From NCBI GenBank assembly GCA_965644295.1, contig CBFFRP010000281.1, positions 186,001 through 250,000 on the forward strand: a DNA stretch of 64,000 bases, written 5' to 3'. Positions 35,609 through 50,268 of this stretch are shown in pieces. The first letter of the stretch is position 1, and each line of letters begins with the position of its first letter. The DNA is from Paraphysomonas bandaiensis. Lineage: Eukaryota > Protista > Chrysophyceae. A program made the position numbers and the translations under genes. A model generated the notes under the pieces. That model worked only from the letters and a program-made list of their open reading frames with translations, did no database searches and was not told the origin of the DNA.

Positions 35609-38600
35609 CTATTTTCCAATTTCCATCGCTGAAGGGGACCGCATATTCTCCGCAGCCTTCTTCTTGTCTTCGTCATTGTCAAAAAATGATTCAGGATCCT
35701 CTTCAACAGGAATGAATCGCATCAGTATACCCACAGGGACTGCCAGGGCACCAAGACCAATGGTAATTAACCACTGTTGCATGGACAGAGGTGATGTTTT
35801 CAAAAAGGCACCGCCGACCTCTATCAACATGACTTGCAGGGCAACAGTGACACACGTCACGAATAAAAATATCTTATTCTCGAGAATGGACGAGAAAACA
35901 TCCACATCACTGTGGATACTCTTGCTATTGTATTCATTGAACACTTGGGCAAATACAAACGTGTTAAACATGAGAGACCCATGAACCCAGCTCAGTTCAT
36001 CGCACCCAGAAATGCACTCCTTACGAAAATTATCAAGATCATCAAATACAACATTGGCACCATTGATTTTGTTAGTATCCTTGAAACACTTCTCGTCGCG
36101 ATCTGGACACACATCGATAAATGTCACGCAGCTAATGGAGCCGTCAGTAGTATTAGACACCATATTATTACTATCTGGTGTCCAATATGTAGTCTCCGAT
36201 CTTCGTACATCAAATCTTGCACACGCTTCACCCGGCAGAACATTGAATAACTTATAGTTGAAGAGAATAAAGAGTAACAAGGCAAGCTGGAAGACTGACT
36301 GTGCAAGAATATTTCTCATCATAGGTCGGGACACAAGTGCAGCGGAACGTTTATACGGCTTCCTGTCCAGTACCTTCATCGTCGGAAGCTCAGTGCCTAG
36401 AGCAAGCGCACCGAGAGTGTCCATAATAAGATTAACCCAGAGCATCATTACAGCGTTAAGCGGAGGATCAAAGCCAGCACATGCGCCAAAGAAGACGATG
36501 AGAAGAGCGACGACGTTGACGGTAAGCTGAAACTGGAGAAACTTTCTGATATTATCATAGACAGAGCGGCCCCACATAATCGCGCGCACGATCGAACTGA
36601 ACTTGTCATCGAGAATAACAATGTCTGATGCACTCTGAGCAACTTTGGTGCCTGCAATTCCCATTGCTAATCCAACATCAGCAGCCTGAATTATAAAGGT
36701 TATTATTTAGTACTGCGCAATCATAAGTACAAACCTTCAGGGCGGGCGCATCATTAGTTCCATCACCAGTAACACCAACAACTTGGCCCCCATCAGGGCG
36801 AGTGCTCAGCCACTCTTCTTTGTATCCAGGCATCAGTAGATCTTTATGAGTTTCCCAGGTGACTCCAGACTTTCCGGCGTGCTTTTCTTCCCATTCTTCC
36901 TTTCCATCAGGAATAGCGTAACCGTTGAGACGAGTGACCATCAAGTATTTATCATCGGGAGACGATCTTGCCATCACTTGAAGATTAGGGAGAATAGCGT
37001 CAACATCTGCTGGTGTCATATTACGGAACACGGGGCCTTCAATTGCCTGGCCATCTGGAGTGAGTATGCCACATTGTTTCGCGATAGCCTTCGCAGTATT
37101 AAGGTTATCACCAGTGACCATGCGTACAGTTACACCAGCCTGCTGGGCAATACGTACAGCCTCAATGACATCAGCACGTAAAGGATCGATAATTCCAACA
37201 ATACAGTCGCAGCAGAGGCCCTCAGCATCAGGAGGATTGTCCTGCCAGTCAGCTGGAAGAGATCCGCGGTCGAAATCTCTGTGAGCGATACATAAGGTGC
37301 GGAGGGCATTATTAGCCATGTCAAGGATGTGCGCCTCAATTTCCTCGCGCTTGGCAGAGGTGAGAGATGCAATTGACCCATCCGACTTGAGATAGTGTGT
37401 GCAGTCCTTAAGAACCCATTCAGGGGCACCTTTACACAGAAGTCGAGCAGAACCATCAGATCGGTTAATAATAGCAGTGGAGCGTTTTTTGGCACTGTTG
37501 AAAGCAAACATTTTGTCTGTTTCATCGCTATAGGCCTTACTCTTGACAGCGTCGTAGTCGAATCCCCACTCCTTCGCCATCACAATTAAGGCTCCTTCCG
37601 TTTTGCTGCCAATAACATTAGGCTTGTCCAGTGTCCGGCCATTGGCATCCTTGTACACAAGATATGCAACGCGGTTTATGCACACGTTCTCTGCGATAAT
37701 ATCTTTAACTGCCTGAGAAATATTCGCAGAACCAAATTCTGTCATTGAATATTTAACATCCGCAAAAAAACCTTCAACAACAGTCATTCTGTTTTCAGTA
37801 AGTGTTCCAGTCTTGTCAGAGCAGATGTTAGTGGCGTTACCCATGGTTTCACACGCTGCTAGAATGCGGATAAAGCACTGATCCTGATACATTTTCTTGG
37901 TCGAGTATGCGAGGGAGATGGTGACTGCAAGTGGGAGACCCTCAGGAATAGCCACCACGATGATAGTGACAGCTAGGATAAAAGCCTCGATGACACCAGT
38001 AAGAATGTGTTTACCGTTATCACGTGCCCAAATCGAAATAAACATTGCAAGGAAGGTTCCCACAGCCGCTACCAATCCAATGTATCCAATCTTACAAAAT
38101 AAATCAGCACCACCTCATCATATACAACTGTATTACCTGTTCAGCCATTATTTCCAGTTTGTCTTGCAGCGGCGTGTTTACAGCCTCTGAAACGAGGTTG
38201 GATTTGATCTTACCCCACTGAGAGTTCGGACCGATGCCAATGACCACTGCGCGGCACTCTTCACCTTCAGTGATAAGACAAGATGACAGCAAAAAACAAT
38301 CTTTATTCTTTGTTTTCTTCAAATCATCCGACTCGCCAGTTAATGCAGACTCGTTAGCCATGATAACATTATGGTCACAGACGATAGCGTCAGCAGGGAC
38401 CATATCTCCAGCTTGCAAAAGGATAAGGTCACCAACAACAAGATCGATAGGATTGATCCGCTCAATTACTCCATCACGAATTGTTGAGCATCGCTCATCG
38501 TTCTGTGACGATTTCTCAAGAGCCCGAAATTGAAGTTCTTTGGTGTAATCATTTCCAGCAGTTACACTGGCCACAAGGAATACCGCAATAAGAATGGCAC

Positions 38601-39008
38601 CACCTTCAATCCATCCATCTTCACCATGCTCTATTATTCCAATTGCAAGGGATACAAGTGCTGCTATAATAAGAATAATAAGAGTAGTATCTTGAAATGC
38701 TTCAGCGAATAGAACACAAAATCCTTTCATGGGTGATTCTGGAAAAGCATTTGTACCAAACTTATCACGATTTTTAACAACTTGTTCTTGTGATAATCCA
38801 GTAGTGAATGAAGTACCAAGTTGTTCAGCAAGGTTTTCAATTCCACCAATAGAATCTAAGTATTCTCGATTCTCATTTCTTGCTTGTGGTATGTTGAGTT
38901 TGTCTAGTGTTTCTTGTGTGACGGTTTCCATGGGGGAAATCTATAATAAAAAGTAAAACATTATCCATTAAATATATATCTATATCTTACTTGGGGCGTC
39001 TGGTTCAT
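35609..39008 (-). CDS. P2B/PMCA-type Ca2+-transporting ATPase; 4 exons
   Basis: TGES, IPEGLPLAVT, CSDKTGTLT, KGAPE, MVTGDN, GDGTNDAPALK and WVNLIMDT. Confidence 0.95.
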
Positions 39009-39499
39009 TGCCTGTTATGAAGTCCGCCTCTTTTATATGTTGTGTTGGTTTATCCAACAGCTTAATGGAAATATTTAACACACATGTCCATATATACATA
39101 CATACATCCATACATACATACACAAACAAGACCAGTACGATGACATATATGTAACGGAAAAACCAGATGATTTATAGTATCTTGAAAAGGTTTATTTGTT
39201 TTCAGGTTTTAGATTTCTAGTTTCTATATTTATAAGGTGGCAGTTTTATTTACATTACGTTGTGTATAAAAAAAACTGAAAATATATAATTTTAGGAAAG
39301 CAGTTTCATACATTATACAGTTCGTAGTCGTAGTACCTCTGTACTTATATACACCAGTACATGTACTCTGTGATTACTTTGGTATAGATTAGAGTTTGTA
39401 CTGCTGTACTGAAGTAAATTGGTACTGCTGCAGGTATATACATTCGTAGATACGTGTACTCTCTCTCACTATACATACAACATTTAGACACATACATAT

Positions 39500-39605
39500 A
39501 CACTCATACACTATACACTCATACACTATACACTCATACACTATACACTCATACACTATACACTCATACATATACACTCATACATATACACTCATACATA
39601 TACAC
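39500..39605. repeat. Tandem repeat (CACTCATACACTATA)n
   Basis: About 7 units of 14-15 bp. Confidence 0.9.
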
Positions 39606-39706
39606 ATCTCCTCATTAAAGTCTAACATCTCACTCCCACACTCTCTTCTATTAATCATGATAATCATTCCATATCCTTATTATCAACATCTCAACATTAT
39701 ATAAAT

Positions 39707-41758
39707 ATGAGTAATGAATATAAATTATCAAACTCTGAACGTGTATTAAACTTTGAATTAACACGATCCAAATCACATGCTACATGGGGTAAAGAAATTA
39801 TATTTGCTATTGATGCTAATAATCCTGCCAAATTAATATCAATATTTAAAAAGAAAAAACATTTAGGTGCGAATATTAATGAACAAACAACACGTCGATC
39901 ATATGGAGGTTATGCATGGACACACTGGATGCATAAGTTTTTAGGTGTAATTATAGTAGATTTTTTATTTATATTCTTTTATATATTGTAACTTGTAGGT
40001 GATACGGCTTTACATATTGCATTAAAGCAACGAAAAACTCATTGTGTTCATGCGTTACTTGTCATTGGAGCTGATACCAATATTGCCAATGATGAAGGTT
40101 TATTTCCTGATGACATCGCTCTCAAAGTATATGGTAAAACTCTCAAACAACTTCGACAAGCTTCCGAAGTATGGTTATCATGCATTATTCTCTTTGTATT
40201 ATTTAATAAATGCTTGTAGGCTGATTTATTGGATGCCATGCACCCCAGGGACTTTCATTTACTCCCTGATAATGTGCTTTATCGTAATTTAGAACATCAA
40301 GCGCAGAAGATAATGGAAGGGGTACGAGTTCTGCCTGGGTATTTCAGTGCAGTGTTATTTTGATGGCGTATATGTAATGACATGATGAAACAGGGACGAT
40401 GTATGTATACCCAACTGCCGAAGTGCCTCGTGTCATCCATTGCAAGCCCTTCATCCATTGATGAAGATACCCTAACTAACGTAGAGGATGGAATGAGCGT
40501 TGAAAATTGCGGAAGTGTCGACAGTAGCTCGGCGGGGTACTTGCAAGCGGTGAAAACCAAGCACCAATCGTCGATGAGTATGCTATCATCGATGGGGTCG
40601 GCATCTGGTGGAATTGTGGGTAAAGATAATCCTCATCGGATGTGGGTGTTCGACAACGTAACTGATGTAGTGGACTTTTTGATCCGTCAAAATCAACTTA
40701 TTGCAAGGTTAGATCATGAGGAGCGTCTCAGAGAAAGCGGGTTGTCCTTACTAGCAGATAAGGAAGTGGAAGACACAATGGCACCATCTCTCACCAAGAT
40801 GTCTCAACTTATGTATATGGAAGCCAAGAAATCCTTAAACTCATACTCGATGCTGGAAAAGATAGTTTCTCTTGACCAAGGAGAGAGTGCCCCTCCAAAG
40901 GAGTATATACCTGCACTTGATATGCCGTATCGACATGTGACGAAGCTTTCTACGAGAACCAATATGATTCATATGAAAATTGGTGACAAAGGAATGCAGA
41001 AAATATCGAAAGTGTTGGCGGGAAATACGATAATATCAGATATCGTTCTGGCCAATGCGCGAATAACATCAGTTGGTTTACAATATCTTGCTGATGCGAT
41101 GCTTTTTCTTCCCAACCTGAAGTACTTGGATTTGAGCCAAAATGCAATCGATGATGTAGGCGCAGAAGCTCTAGCATATGTTTTGGAGAGTGTCACCGTG
41201 GTGGGAGATACAAGTAATGTGAAACGTATTACTTTGATGGGAAATAGGATCACCCATAAAGGCGCCCGTGCTCTTGTGATGGCCGTTTTGAACGGCAACG
41301 TCGAGTATCTAAAGTAAGTATTGATATTCTATGCGATACCAGTGGCAGCTCGATAGACATAACGTGACTCTGTATATAGTTTATGCAGGAATCGTATATC
41401 TCCGTCGCATGTTACCGAGCTACAAGTAGCCATCGATACATTTGGAAAGTCGCCCCCTCCTTGGGAAAGCGTGGATGAGAAGGAGTCTGACAGTGTTGAG
41501 CGTGTATCCGTAATGATGTCCGACCCCAAGGTTGCACAAATGAACGCTCTTCCGGTCCCCCCAGATGTTGCTGTTGAAGTGGACTACGACAATGAAAGGA
41601 TTCCTGTCGGAGGATCTGAATATATAAATATGAATAAGCAGCCCGTCCCAACTACTGTAAATAGAAATTCTGGAGGTGGTGGGCTGGCCAGTGAAGTGAT
41701 TGCTAGCAGGCGAGCCAAAGTAGAAGAACCGAAAATAGTAAAAAATATTATATTATAG
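39707..41758 (+). CDS. Ankyrin repeat + RNI-like LRR protein; 4 exons
   Basis: GANINEQ...|GDTALHIA...GADTNIAN, plus LRRs LKYLDLSQNAIDDVGAEALA and LMGNRITHKGA. Confidence 0.8.
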
Positions 41759-42101
41759 TCACTGTAGTTGGGTGGAAACACTGTAAATATGATAATATTA
41801 ATATGAATAATTATATTGAAGGGAAATAACACTTATGCAGTGTACATAGTATTATTCTCGAGAACAGCAGAGCGAATTAGGATAGAATGGTCACCATAGA
41901 GATGGAATGGTGAGAAAATCATTCGTTTTTACCATGTTGAAACTCATATTGCAGTAATTATTAAATAAATATGGACTTGATAATAAAATATGACGTATGT
42001 AGTATGCATGATGATTAGAGCTTCTCTTAATCGGACTGGTAACCGCTAATGACGTTAATGGTAGTCCAGTTCCCGACAAATATTATGGCATTACTATTAA
42101 T

Positions 42102-42876
42102 CAGGGATAGGGAACAATATATTGTATTGCAATACATTGTACAATATATTGTAAAATATATTGATTGGTAGACTGGTCAAATATTCCATCAATAGTGTTT
42201 CTGTTAAAAGAGCTCACAATACTATTGCAATATATTGCAATCAATATTATTATGATAGTCATATACTAAGAGAAGATTCTCAACTGTAGGGTGCAAAATG
42301 GATATAAATAACCGAGAAATTGATTACAACAATACAAAGGATAATAAAGCTGATGTTGACTATGCGACTAAAAATCTTCAGTCAGCTCAAAAAATTAAGA
42401 AACGTAGAGATCCACGAGTCATTAACGGTTGCCTGGCCCTGGTATGTACTTCCAATACATACATGGGAACGTCTGTTCAGCACAGCTAAACATATTATAT
42501 CATATCAGTGTTGCGCAAAAGTATCCATCCTACTTAATATGATGTTGTTTCTGAAAGCTATTCGACAGTTATGGCCGGATACTAGCATATTTCAATTAAT
42601 TCTGTGGATGAATATATGGTGATGTTGACATCGCCGATGATGGCTCAGAGGATGAGGACGAGGTGGATTTTTAGTAGCTATAAGCAGCAGTTGGTTTGGT
42701 TGTCATGTGATCTTAATGAGTAATACTAAAAATGAAATCTACGAATGTGTTTACCTACTGATTAGTCATACTAATATATTGCAATATATTGTAATTGTAT
42801 TGTAGGACCGGTTTAAAAAATCCATCAATACTATCAATAAAACAATAGTATTGCAATATGTTGTTCCCTATCCCTG
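42102..42876 (+). mobile_element. hAT deletion derivative retaining a transposase C-terminal dimerisation remnant
   Basis: TIR CAGGGATAGGGAACAA, perfect 8-bp TSD CTATTAAT, and frameshifted TSNT/ERLFSTAKHIIS...LFLKAIRQLW. Confidence 0.92.
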
Positions 42877-43969
42877 CTATTAATCAGAGGGCTGCGTAAT
42901 AATCAATTGCTATTAATTATTCATGGTCATTAAAGCATTACCATTTACGGTTACCGGTTACCAGGCCCAGAAATCGGTTACCACTTGTAAATGAAGTTGA
43001 GGTCTAGAAAAGTAAATATTTTATCAATATAGTTGAGTTTTGCTTTTTTGTATACAAAAATATTATATTCCTAGTCGAATTAGAATTCCTATTCACACGA
43101 ATTTTTGATGTAAATAGCTATTGACTATTGCACATTTACTACTATGAACGTTGGAAAATGCTGTATCATTGGACTATATAAATCTTATAATTTCATACAC
43201 AATTGTGTCATTTCACATTAAGTACAACATCTCGATACATGATCTCAAAATTGCATTACAAGATGAGAATGATATATATATTGCATAGATTACATACACG
43301 ATGCGCAAAAAAGAAATGTCTCTATGAAAACCTAGTGCTTCAAAGGTACTTCATTAAAACATTTAACATGCCGTATTACGTAGTATATATAAAAGTAGCT
43401 AGAAACTACAGTGTGTGTTTCATTTATAGAAATATATTCAAGTTAATATTATATATACGAAGTGCATAATATATTATAATACCACGTCGTGATATCTGTG
43501 TAGTAAGAATCGAAACTATTTAGAACAGGAGGACGATCAGTGAGACCCGCTGGTAATATGTGACTACAAAAGTACGGAGGGCCTCGAAAAGTGACTTGTT
43601 GAGAGGAATGATGTCTAAATTAGCTCGATCTTCGAGTCAGTTCAACCTGTGGCGGAGTTATTATTATAGACAGTAATATGATTTCTGGTTAAGTGAGCGG
43701 TTTAGAGGTGAAACTTAGTTACGAATATCTAGTATTAATCAAGCCGTTGGTGAGTTATTAGTATCTGCGGTTATTGATCAATTAAATGGAAGTGCTCAGA
43801 AACTGGTTGAACTAAACTACCCCTAAAAGGGTGTTGCTATAACGTAAGTGCTAACCGTTCTGGAAGAAGCTTAGGACTTGAAGCAGTTGCCCACACAAAT
43901 ATATATATACGTAACTGAAATGAGACGTCACCCTTGAATAAAACAGTCACCATAGTAATATTATTATTA

Positions 43970-44490
43970 TATAATAGATCTGATTATTACATGAGAGAAC
44001 TTGTTGCATTTATCTATCTATTACTTTAGACTAATTGTAACACAAAATATGAAATGCTCAGTTATCTCGGGACTGCTTGTGCATTGCTGCAAGCACCTTG
44101 GTGCAACCATCCCTTGTTTTAAGTTTAGTCTGGTGGTCGTCCTTTGGGTAGTGTGTCTGGTGGTCCATATCCGCATGCGAGTCGGGGTGTGGGGGGGTGA
44201 CGTGCCATTCTGTGGATGTGTGTCAGCGGAGGTTTTGGGAGTACTAGTTGTGGTTGCGGTTCTGTCGGAGATGAGTGTTGTCTGCCTCCGGATCGGGTTG
44301 GCAGGCCTGCGTTGGTGGCGGGGTCTCGTGTGGGGCACGGCTCTGGGGGTGGATGTTGCTTTAAGTAGCTGGAGGATCGTCGGGTTGCTGGTAGGGTTTG
44401 TGTGACATGGTTGTGAGCTGGCATGAGTCGAGGTTGGTGTCATTGTTGTCGCATTGTTACTGTGAAATCGGCATCCTCTGTTTTTGAGCA
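43970..44490 (-). mobile_element. 5'-truncated LINE 3' end, subfamily B
   Basis: GPPDTLPKGRPPD*, hairpin core at 44073-44108, and terminal TAATAATCAGAT. Confidence 0.65.
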
Positions 44491-45612
44491 TGTTTATTCC
44501 TATTATTATTAACTAAGCCAGGAGTCAGTGTAAGGAGGTCTTTGTGTGCTATTACCCTCAGGGTGGCCATAAGGGCCATATATATTGATTTAATAGTAAT
44601 AATCAGTAGGAACGTTTTATATGTATGTTTTGCTCGGTAGGGACTATTCCAAAAATGGTACTCAAATGGAAATGGAAAAATAATTAATTCAATATCCAAA
44701 GTAGCACTACTATAACTATTTTAGGTGGGTACTACAATCGACTGTAATATATATGTACTAGAACCCACTATCATGCTTTTGTAGCAATAAAATACAGAAA
44801 GCTAACAACTACAGAAACAGCAGGTGTCGGAATAAAACATACAAAGAAGCTGAAAATATATGTCGTATTTATGTTTAAAGTATGATTGGTGGTGTTGAAT
44901 TCTACTCTGCAACTCTTCAAAACTTCTGCATCTCTCTAAGGGAATTTCGGCAAGTACCCCGACTTACAAAACTAATTTAACCTTCTTCATTTAATACACA
45001 GTACACAGTGCCGCCCGTTGACCCAGCAACATACATAGCATGCAGCAGGGCCAGTCAAAAATATATTTGGTTGAAATATATTGCAATAATTAATTTTTGC
45101 TTGCTACAATATTATATTGATATATAGGTACCTAATATGGCCCACCGATGTCAGTGGATTGATTCTCCATCTCCCATCTCTGCCCATGATGTTTTTTGAG
45201 TTTTGATCGATTCATTCCTCTGATTTAATTGTTTCATTAATAAGTAAACATTTTGTCAACGTGGGAATTTTATGTAATTTTTGAAAAACTAGGGTTTATT
45301 ACAGTATTTTATGTCTTGTTCTTTTATTTGGCTGTTGTGAAATATGAACTCACACTACTTAACTGTGTGCTGCATGAATATTATTCGTTATACTACTCTG
45401 TTCATCACAGACGCGAAGCATGCATATGTAAAGTGTAATAATGTGCACTGAAAGAGAAGTAGTGACTGCTATCTGAAAATGCTAATATATGTCTTATACA
45501 TTATGATTCCGCAAACAATAACAATGACTGGTATGCACAATTAGCTACACTGCCAACTCTCATCATGCTAACATTTTTTTCTCATGCTGCCTGCTTCAGC
45601 TTCGTAGGAGCT

Positions 45613-46499
45613 CTAACGCCTGTATAAATATTATTACGAGCACTGCTTCATATATATAAAATCTATCGACCTGTCGTAGTCTCTCCCTCCACGGGAATCG
45701 CTGGATCTTTCATACCCCCTGGAGGATCCACCACGGTCACCGTAGCCCCTTCCACGGTCACCACGGTCGCTGTACGAGCGATCTCCGTAACCTCTGGACC
45801 CGTTACGATCGCCACCATATGAGCGATCTCCGTAACTTCTGGACCCATTACGATCACCGTATGAGCGGTCTCTCGGTTGGCGAGGAGTGGACTTCTCCAC
45901 GCGGATCTCACGATCACAAATTGAGGTACCATTCAATCTTGATACGGCGTCATCAGCATCACGACTATCTGCAAATGTCACAAAGCCAAAACCACGAGGA
46001 CGACCAGTGTCACGATCAGTGATAATTCGAACACTCTTCACCTCTCCATACTTGCCAAAAGCATCTTCCAAATCACGATCCGTAGTCTACAAATAGCACC
46101 AAGAATAGATGAGGAGTAGCAAATAGGTACGGTATCGTATAAAATGATATATATTCGTCGACTTAAGAAGAAAGGTCCAGATATATAAGGAAACAATCTT
46201 TCACCATATGGTTTCAGAGTATATCCATTACTAACTTGCAACCAATTCACTCGAAAGGATAGTCAAACTTAAAGACCATTACAGGTAATAGACGTGGTCT
46301 TAAAAACGTAAGGCAAACATGTGAATCTTGCCTCATATGATAGATTTCCAATAAATAGTTTTCCTTCTTCATTCTCTGTGGGTCTCTCTGTATATATAGA
46401 TAGATAGATATCACTGTTCATATAGATAATGAATGTGATTAATAACATACCACGAGCAGGTGGAGGGCTGTTCGATCTGGATCTGTCTCTGTCTCCCAT
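45613..46499 (-). CDS. RRM protein with RS/RG/RD-rich tail (SR/Tra2/GRP-like); exons 46499-46451, 46387-46332, 46086-45671, 45619-45613
   Basis: RNP2 KLFIGNL, RNP1 RGFGFVTF and YGDR repeats. Intron 2 has to be GC-AG to rejoin the RRM. Confidence 0.88.
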
Positions 46500-46852
46500 T
46501 ATAATACTCTTTGATAGATATATGTATGTATCAACACTGTTAATTATGACACTGACTTACATACATACATACATGCATATATCATCCATCCATACATACA
46601 CATACATATGTATCAAAATCAATGATACACTTCGAACTCATCACACTTCACCATCTGATCTAAAACGTATCTTAAATGGGTTCGTAGTATAGAAACTGAA
46701 AACATTTAGAATACAGTTAAAAAAGAATAACCGCTTTACGTAGAGTGTATAGAGAGAGAGAGCAGGTGACCTTAACCCTAATCTTTTGCTATTAAGTTTA
46801 CACACAAGTGCAGTGTCTTGGTAAAAAAGACCTACTTGTATTGGTCATACAA

Positions 46853-48582
46853 ATGGCCGATATTCCAACTGATTATCAACCTTTAGCTCGAAGTGCACCT
46901 GCATTTCATCCTTCTATTCCATCGAAATGGGAGTCACGTAAGTTAAGAAGCAGTAGTAGCCATGATGGATTCGGGAGTAGAAATGTTCGCTTTGATGATC
47001 ATGTGGTAAATGTCATTATGCTTGTCTTATGTAGTTATTAATTGCTGTATATCTATTAGAGTGATATTCCAGGGCCTGGATTTTATTTTGAAGACAAGAA
47101 TAATATAGTAAAAAAGAGTGCATCACTGTCTAAGAAGGGTTTTGGCAATGCTTTTGTCTCTAAATCTAATCGTCTACGGCCTGTTGTTTTAAATGATCAT
47201 GTTACTGGCCCTGGATACTACCAACCAAAGGAAATAAACGAAATATACCAACCTGGTAAGCCGGGGCAGTTTAATACCTCAGGAATTGATAAGGGGCGTG
47301 TCCCATTCCCGGATCCGTCGAGCTATGGGCCACGACCAGGACCTGGTGAATATAAGGCTGATGCAAACTTTCTTCCCGGATATCTCCGCAAAAAACCGAC
47401 ATCTACTTTCAGTTCCAAATCGGGACGTGAATCGTTCCTGACATCGACGTAAGTACTTGCACTCGTATCCGTGATTAAGCTCTATTTATGTGGCTTTCCT
47501 GTTTCTACAATTTCATGTTGTGTGTATTACGATCAATTTAGCAGTTGCCTCAATTCTAAGTACTTTTCATGTTCTCAGAGTAAATGCCAATACCCCATCG
47601 CCGTTAACTTATAATCCCAATATCACATCAACGTTACCAGAAAAGAAAGTGATGTGGTCAAAGTGAGTTTTGTTTCTGTGATTTCAGTATACTATGGATT
47701 AAACCTTTTTTTGTTTTCGTATTGCAGAAGTCAATATAAGCGCTTTCAAGATCTCGGTGTCGATAACAAGGTGCCAGGACCAGGGAGATATTTTGACACT
47801 CGGTCTGATGAAGAGGCATGGACACATATTGATATGATAATTATACTCTAACGGTCATTAAATTTTCAGAAAAGGCGTGAATATGAGAGTAAGAACAAGC
47901 GAACATGTGGACGAAAAGTAACGAAGTTATTGGGAAAACAAAACGAAAAGCCAAAGTTTACCGTGTATGTTGGCGGTTGCATTTACACTTGTTTGGTGCT
48001 TGTCATATTTAATGCGTACCGTTAATTATTTGTGTGATGTTGCAGCATTACTTCATGTTTTTTACTAACTCACTTTCGCTATGCAGACATACGTTTGGAG
48101 CAGATGTGAACAGGTTTAAACATAGCTTTCTTGGTCGACTAGATTTAGCTGCAGAGTCACCTGGTAATTCTGAACTCTCTATTCATAGCTATCCTTTTTC
48201 TTAATACCTGAATCGCTACACAGGACCAGGATGGTACACTGAATTAGATATACACAACCCTAAAGCAGAAGCTGCCCAGCGTCCTAAGGCGTCAGGAGTA
48301 TTTAAGTACGTACCAGCAGTGTTTATATATAGTCCATACCTTGTGTTAGCTTGTATTATCAATGTGTTAATAATCGTGCTGTGCTTTCCACAGAATGACT
48401 GGGGCTCAAACTGCTGACTTGAAGAAGCCAATAGAGCATAGACCACCTGGACCAGGTACGTGGGTATTTTGTGTTTCTCTCCTATGTACGGCATTGCTTA
48501 CTTATTTATGACAGCATATTACTCTCCAGAGAAGCCGAAGTCGAAGCATTTTCTTCATAACCCTGATCAAAAATGGCTGTAG
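46853..48582 (+). CDS. Sperm-tail PG-rich (SHIPPO/PGPG) repeat protein, STPG1-like, multi-exon
   Basis: SIPSK, IPGPGFY, SLSKKG, repeated PGPGxY and C-terminal FLHNPDQKWL*. Confidence 0.8.
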
Positions 48583-49409
48583 CTCGCATGAGTTGGAGTC
48601 CCTTTTTGTGACCTCAATAAACCATGTAGCACTGTGTTTTGTACTTGTATGCAGAATTATGTTTCTGTGGATACGTATATGTTGAGAATGTGGTAGACAC
48701 GATGTAGATATGATGTCGTTAATAATTAATAAATGAAAGCTATACGAATTGCGCCGTTGCACTTTTCGATTTATTCCTATTTTTGTAGTCGTGTGAAGCA
48801 TGTTTTAAGTTGATTCTAGTGAAAATTTTGCTTCTCTGCAAGGGTAATATAGTATGAGCGTGAATGAACAAGATAAAGTAAACGATATATTCTTATTTGC
48901 AATAATTAGGATTTAGGATGGTTTCAGCTTTCAGCATATTAACGGAACGTAAAATATATGCACTCCATGCTTTACTCATAAATTATGATCAATTCACTTA
49001 TCATTCATTGTCATGCGCCAAATTCATATTTCTCAACTACCAATCATTTTCATACGATCTTATATAGACTATAGACACCATCATATGTTTTAGTTTCACT
49101 ACTATTATTCCTATCACCTCAATAATTCATGTAACACTACAAATCACTACAGTAACTGTATTCTTCTTTTTATGAAAATGTCTAAATTCAAAAATCCTAC
49201 AACTAGTCACCACACAGCTTTTAATTGCACTCAAATAGCAAAACTCAACAGCGACGTGGCTTTCTCGCAATTATAGTGCCGTTACCTTTGATCAATAATG
49301 GATACTTGCGTAACACTTAATTGAATAACCCATGAAATTTATTGGTTTAAAACTAATGAAAGTAAATAATGGGGTGGCTTGAGCTTATAGACAGTATATG
49401 AAACTGTAT

Positions 49410-50158
49410 GGGATCTAGTATTCAACCTAGTCATTTTGGCGTAATTTTCTAGTCACACCAAAATTGGTGTAATAACCTACTAGTCAAGTAGTTGAAAAAC
49501 CTAGTTCATTCAAACATGATGGGAGCATACTCTAGCAAAATCAATTAATGCGAAAATGCAACTATTGTACATGACATTTCATCTTCGCATTCAAACGAGA
49601 TTTGGGCAGTTTCTCATGCCCATGCCCGTTGAAATTCGAGCATGGGCATCGCACCCAACAATCTTAAGGGTGTGGAAGTATGTGTGCCATCAGAGGGGCA
49701 TAATCCGAGAACCAACACTGCCATCGAAGAAATTTTTGCTTCTTGTGATTCGGCACTACGCGGTACTCCACGCAAATAGTATTCATGAATAGTTTGGTTC
49801 GAAGGGAACTTGAACACATATATGAATATTTTGTTCAGAGAACGAAGAAGAGTGGGGTCCTGTCTATGATACTTGAGCAGTGGAGTCCTGTCAATATGCT
49901 ACTATAAAATATCTATTTTTCTGTCTTCTAACCTTACTTTCACCTGATCTAGACTGCGTTGGTTTCACTTTTTACCTGCTGTGTGACTTGAGCGTTCTGT
50001 AATGCGTAGTTATATGCGAGTACAATTATTTATGTCTAGGTTTATAACTAAAATTGACTAGAGGTTGGATGATTTACTTTTTTGACTAGAGGTATTTACA
50101 CCAAAAATAGTATGACTATATTATTCAACCAATTTGACTGGGTTGTATAATATTTCCC
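49410..50158. mobile_element. Mutator-like (MULE) non-autonomous element
   Basis: Perfect 9-bp TSD AAACTGTAT, GGG...CCC termini, and ~100-bp imperfect TIRs with CTAGTCA/TGACTAG repeats. Confidence 0.85.
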
Positions 50159-50268
50159 AAACTGTATAGCTACTGATCATTTATTTGTACAAACCCTTCA
50201 CCTATTACTAATATGTATATAGAAGACATTATTGTAGATATGTGCAGTGCCCACTAATGGGTGCCCAG

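Noticed and set aside
46087-46331. Intronic snoRNA in the long intron
   Set aside because: No C box (RUGAUGA) paired with a terminal D box, and no clear H/ACA layout.
46770-46783. TAACCCTAA as a telomeric repeat or telo-box
   Set aside because: These are single isolated copies (also ~54028 and ~62306), compatible with chance.
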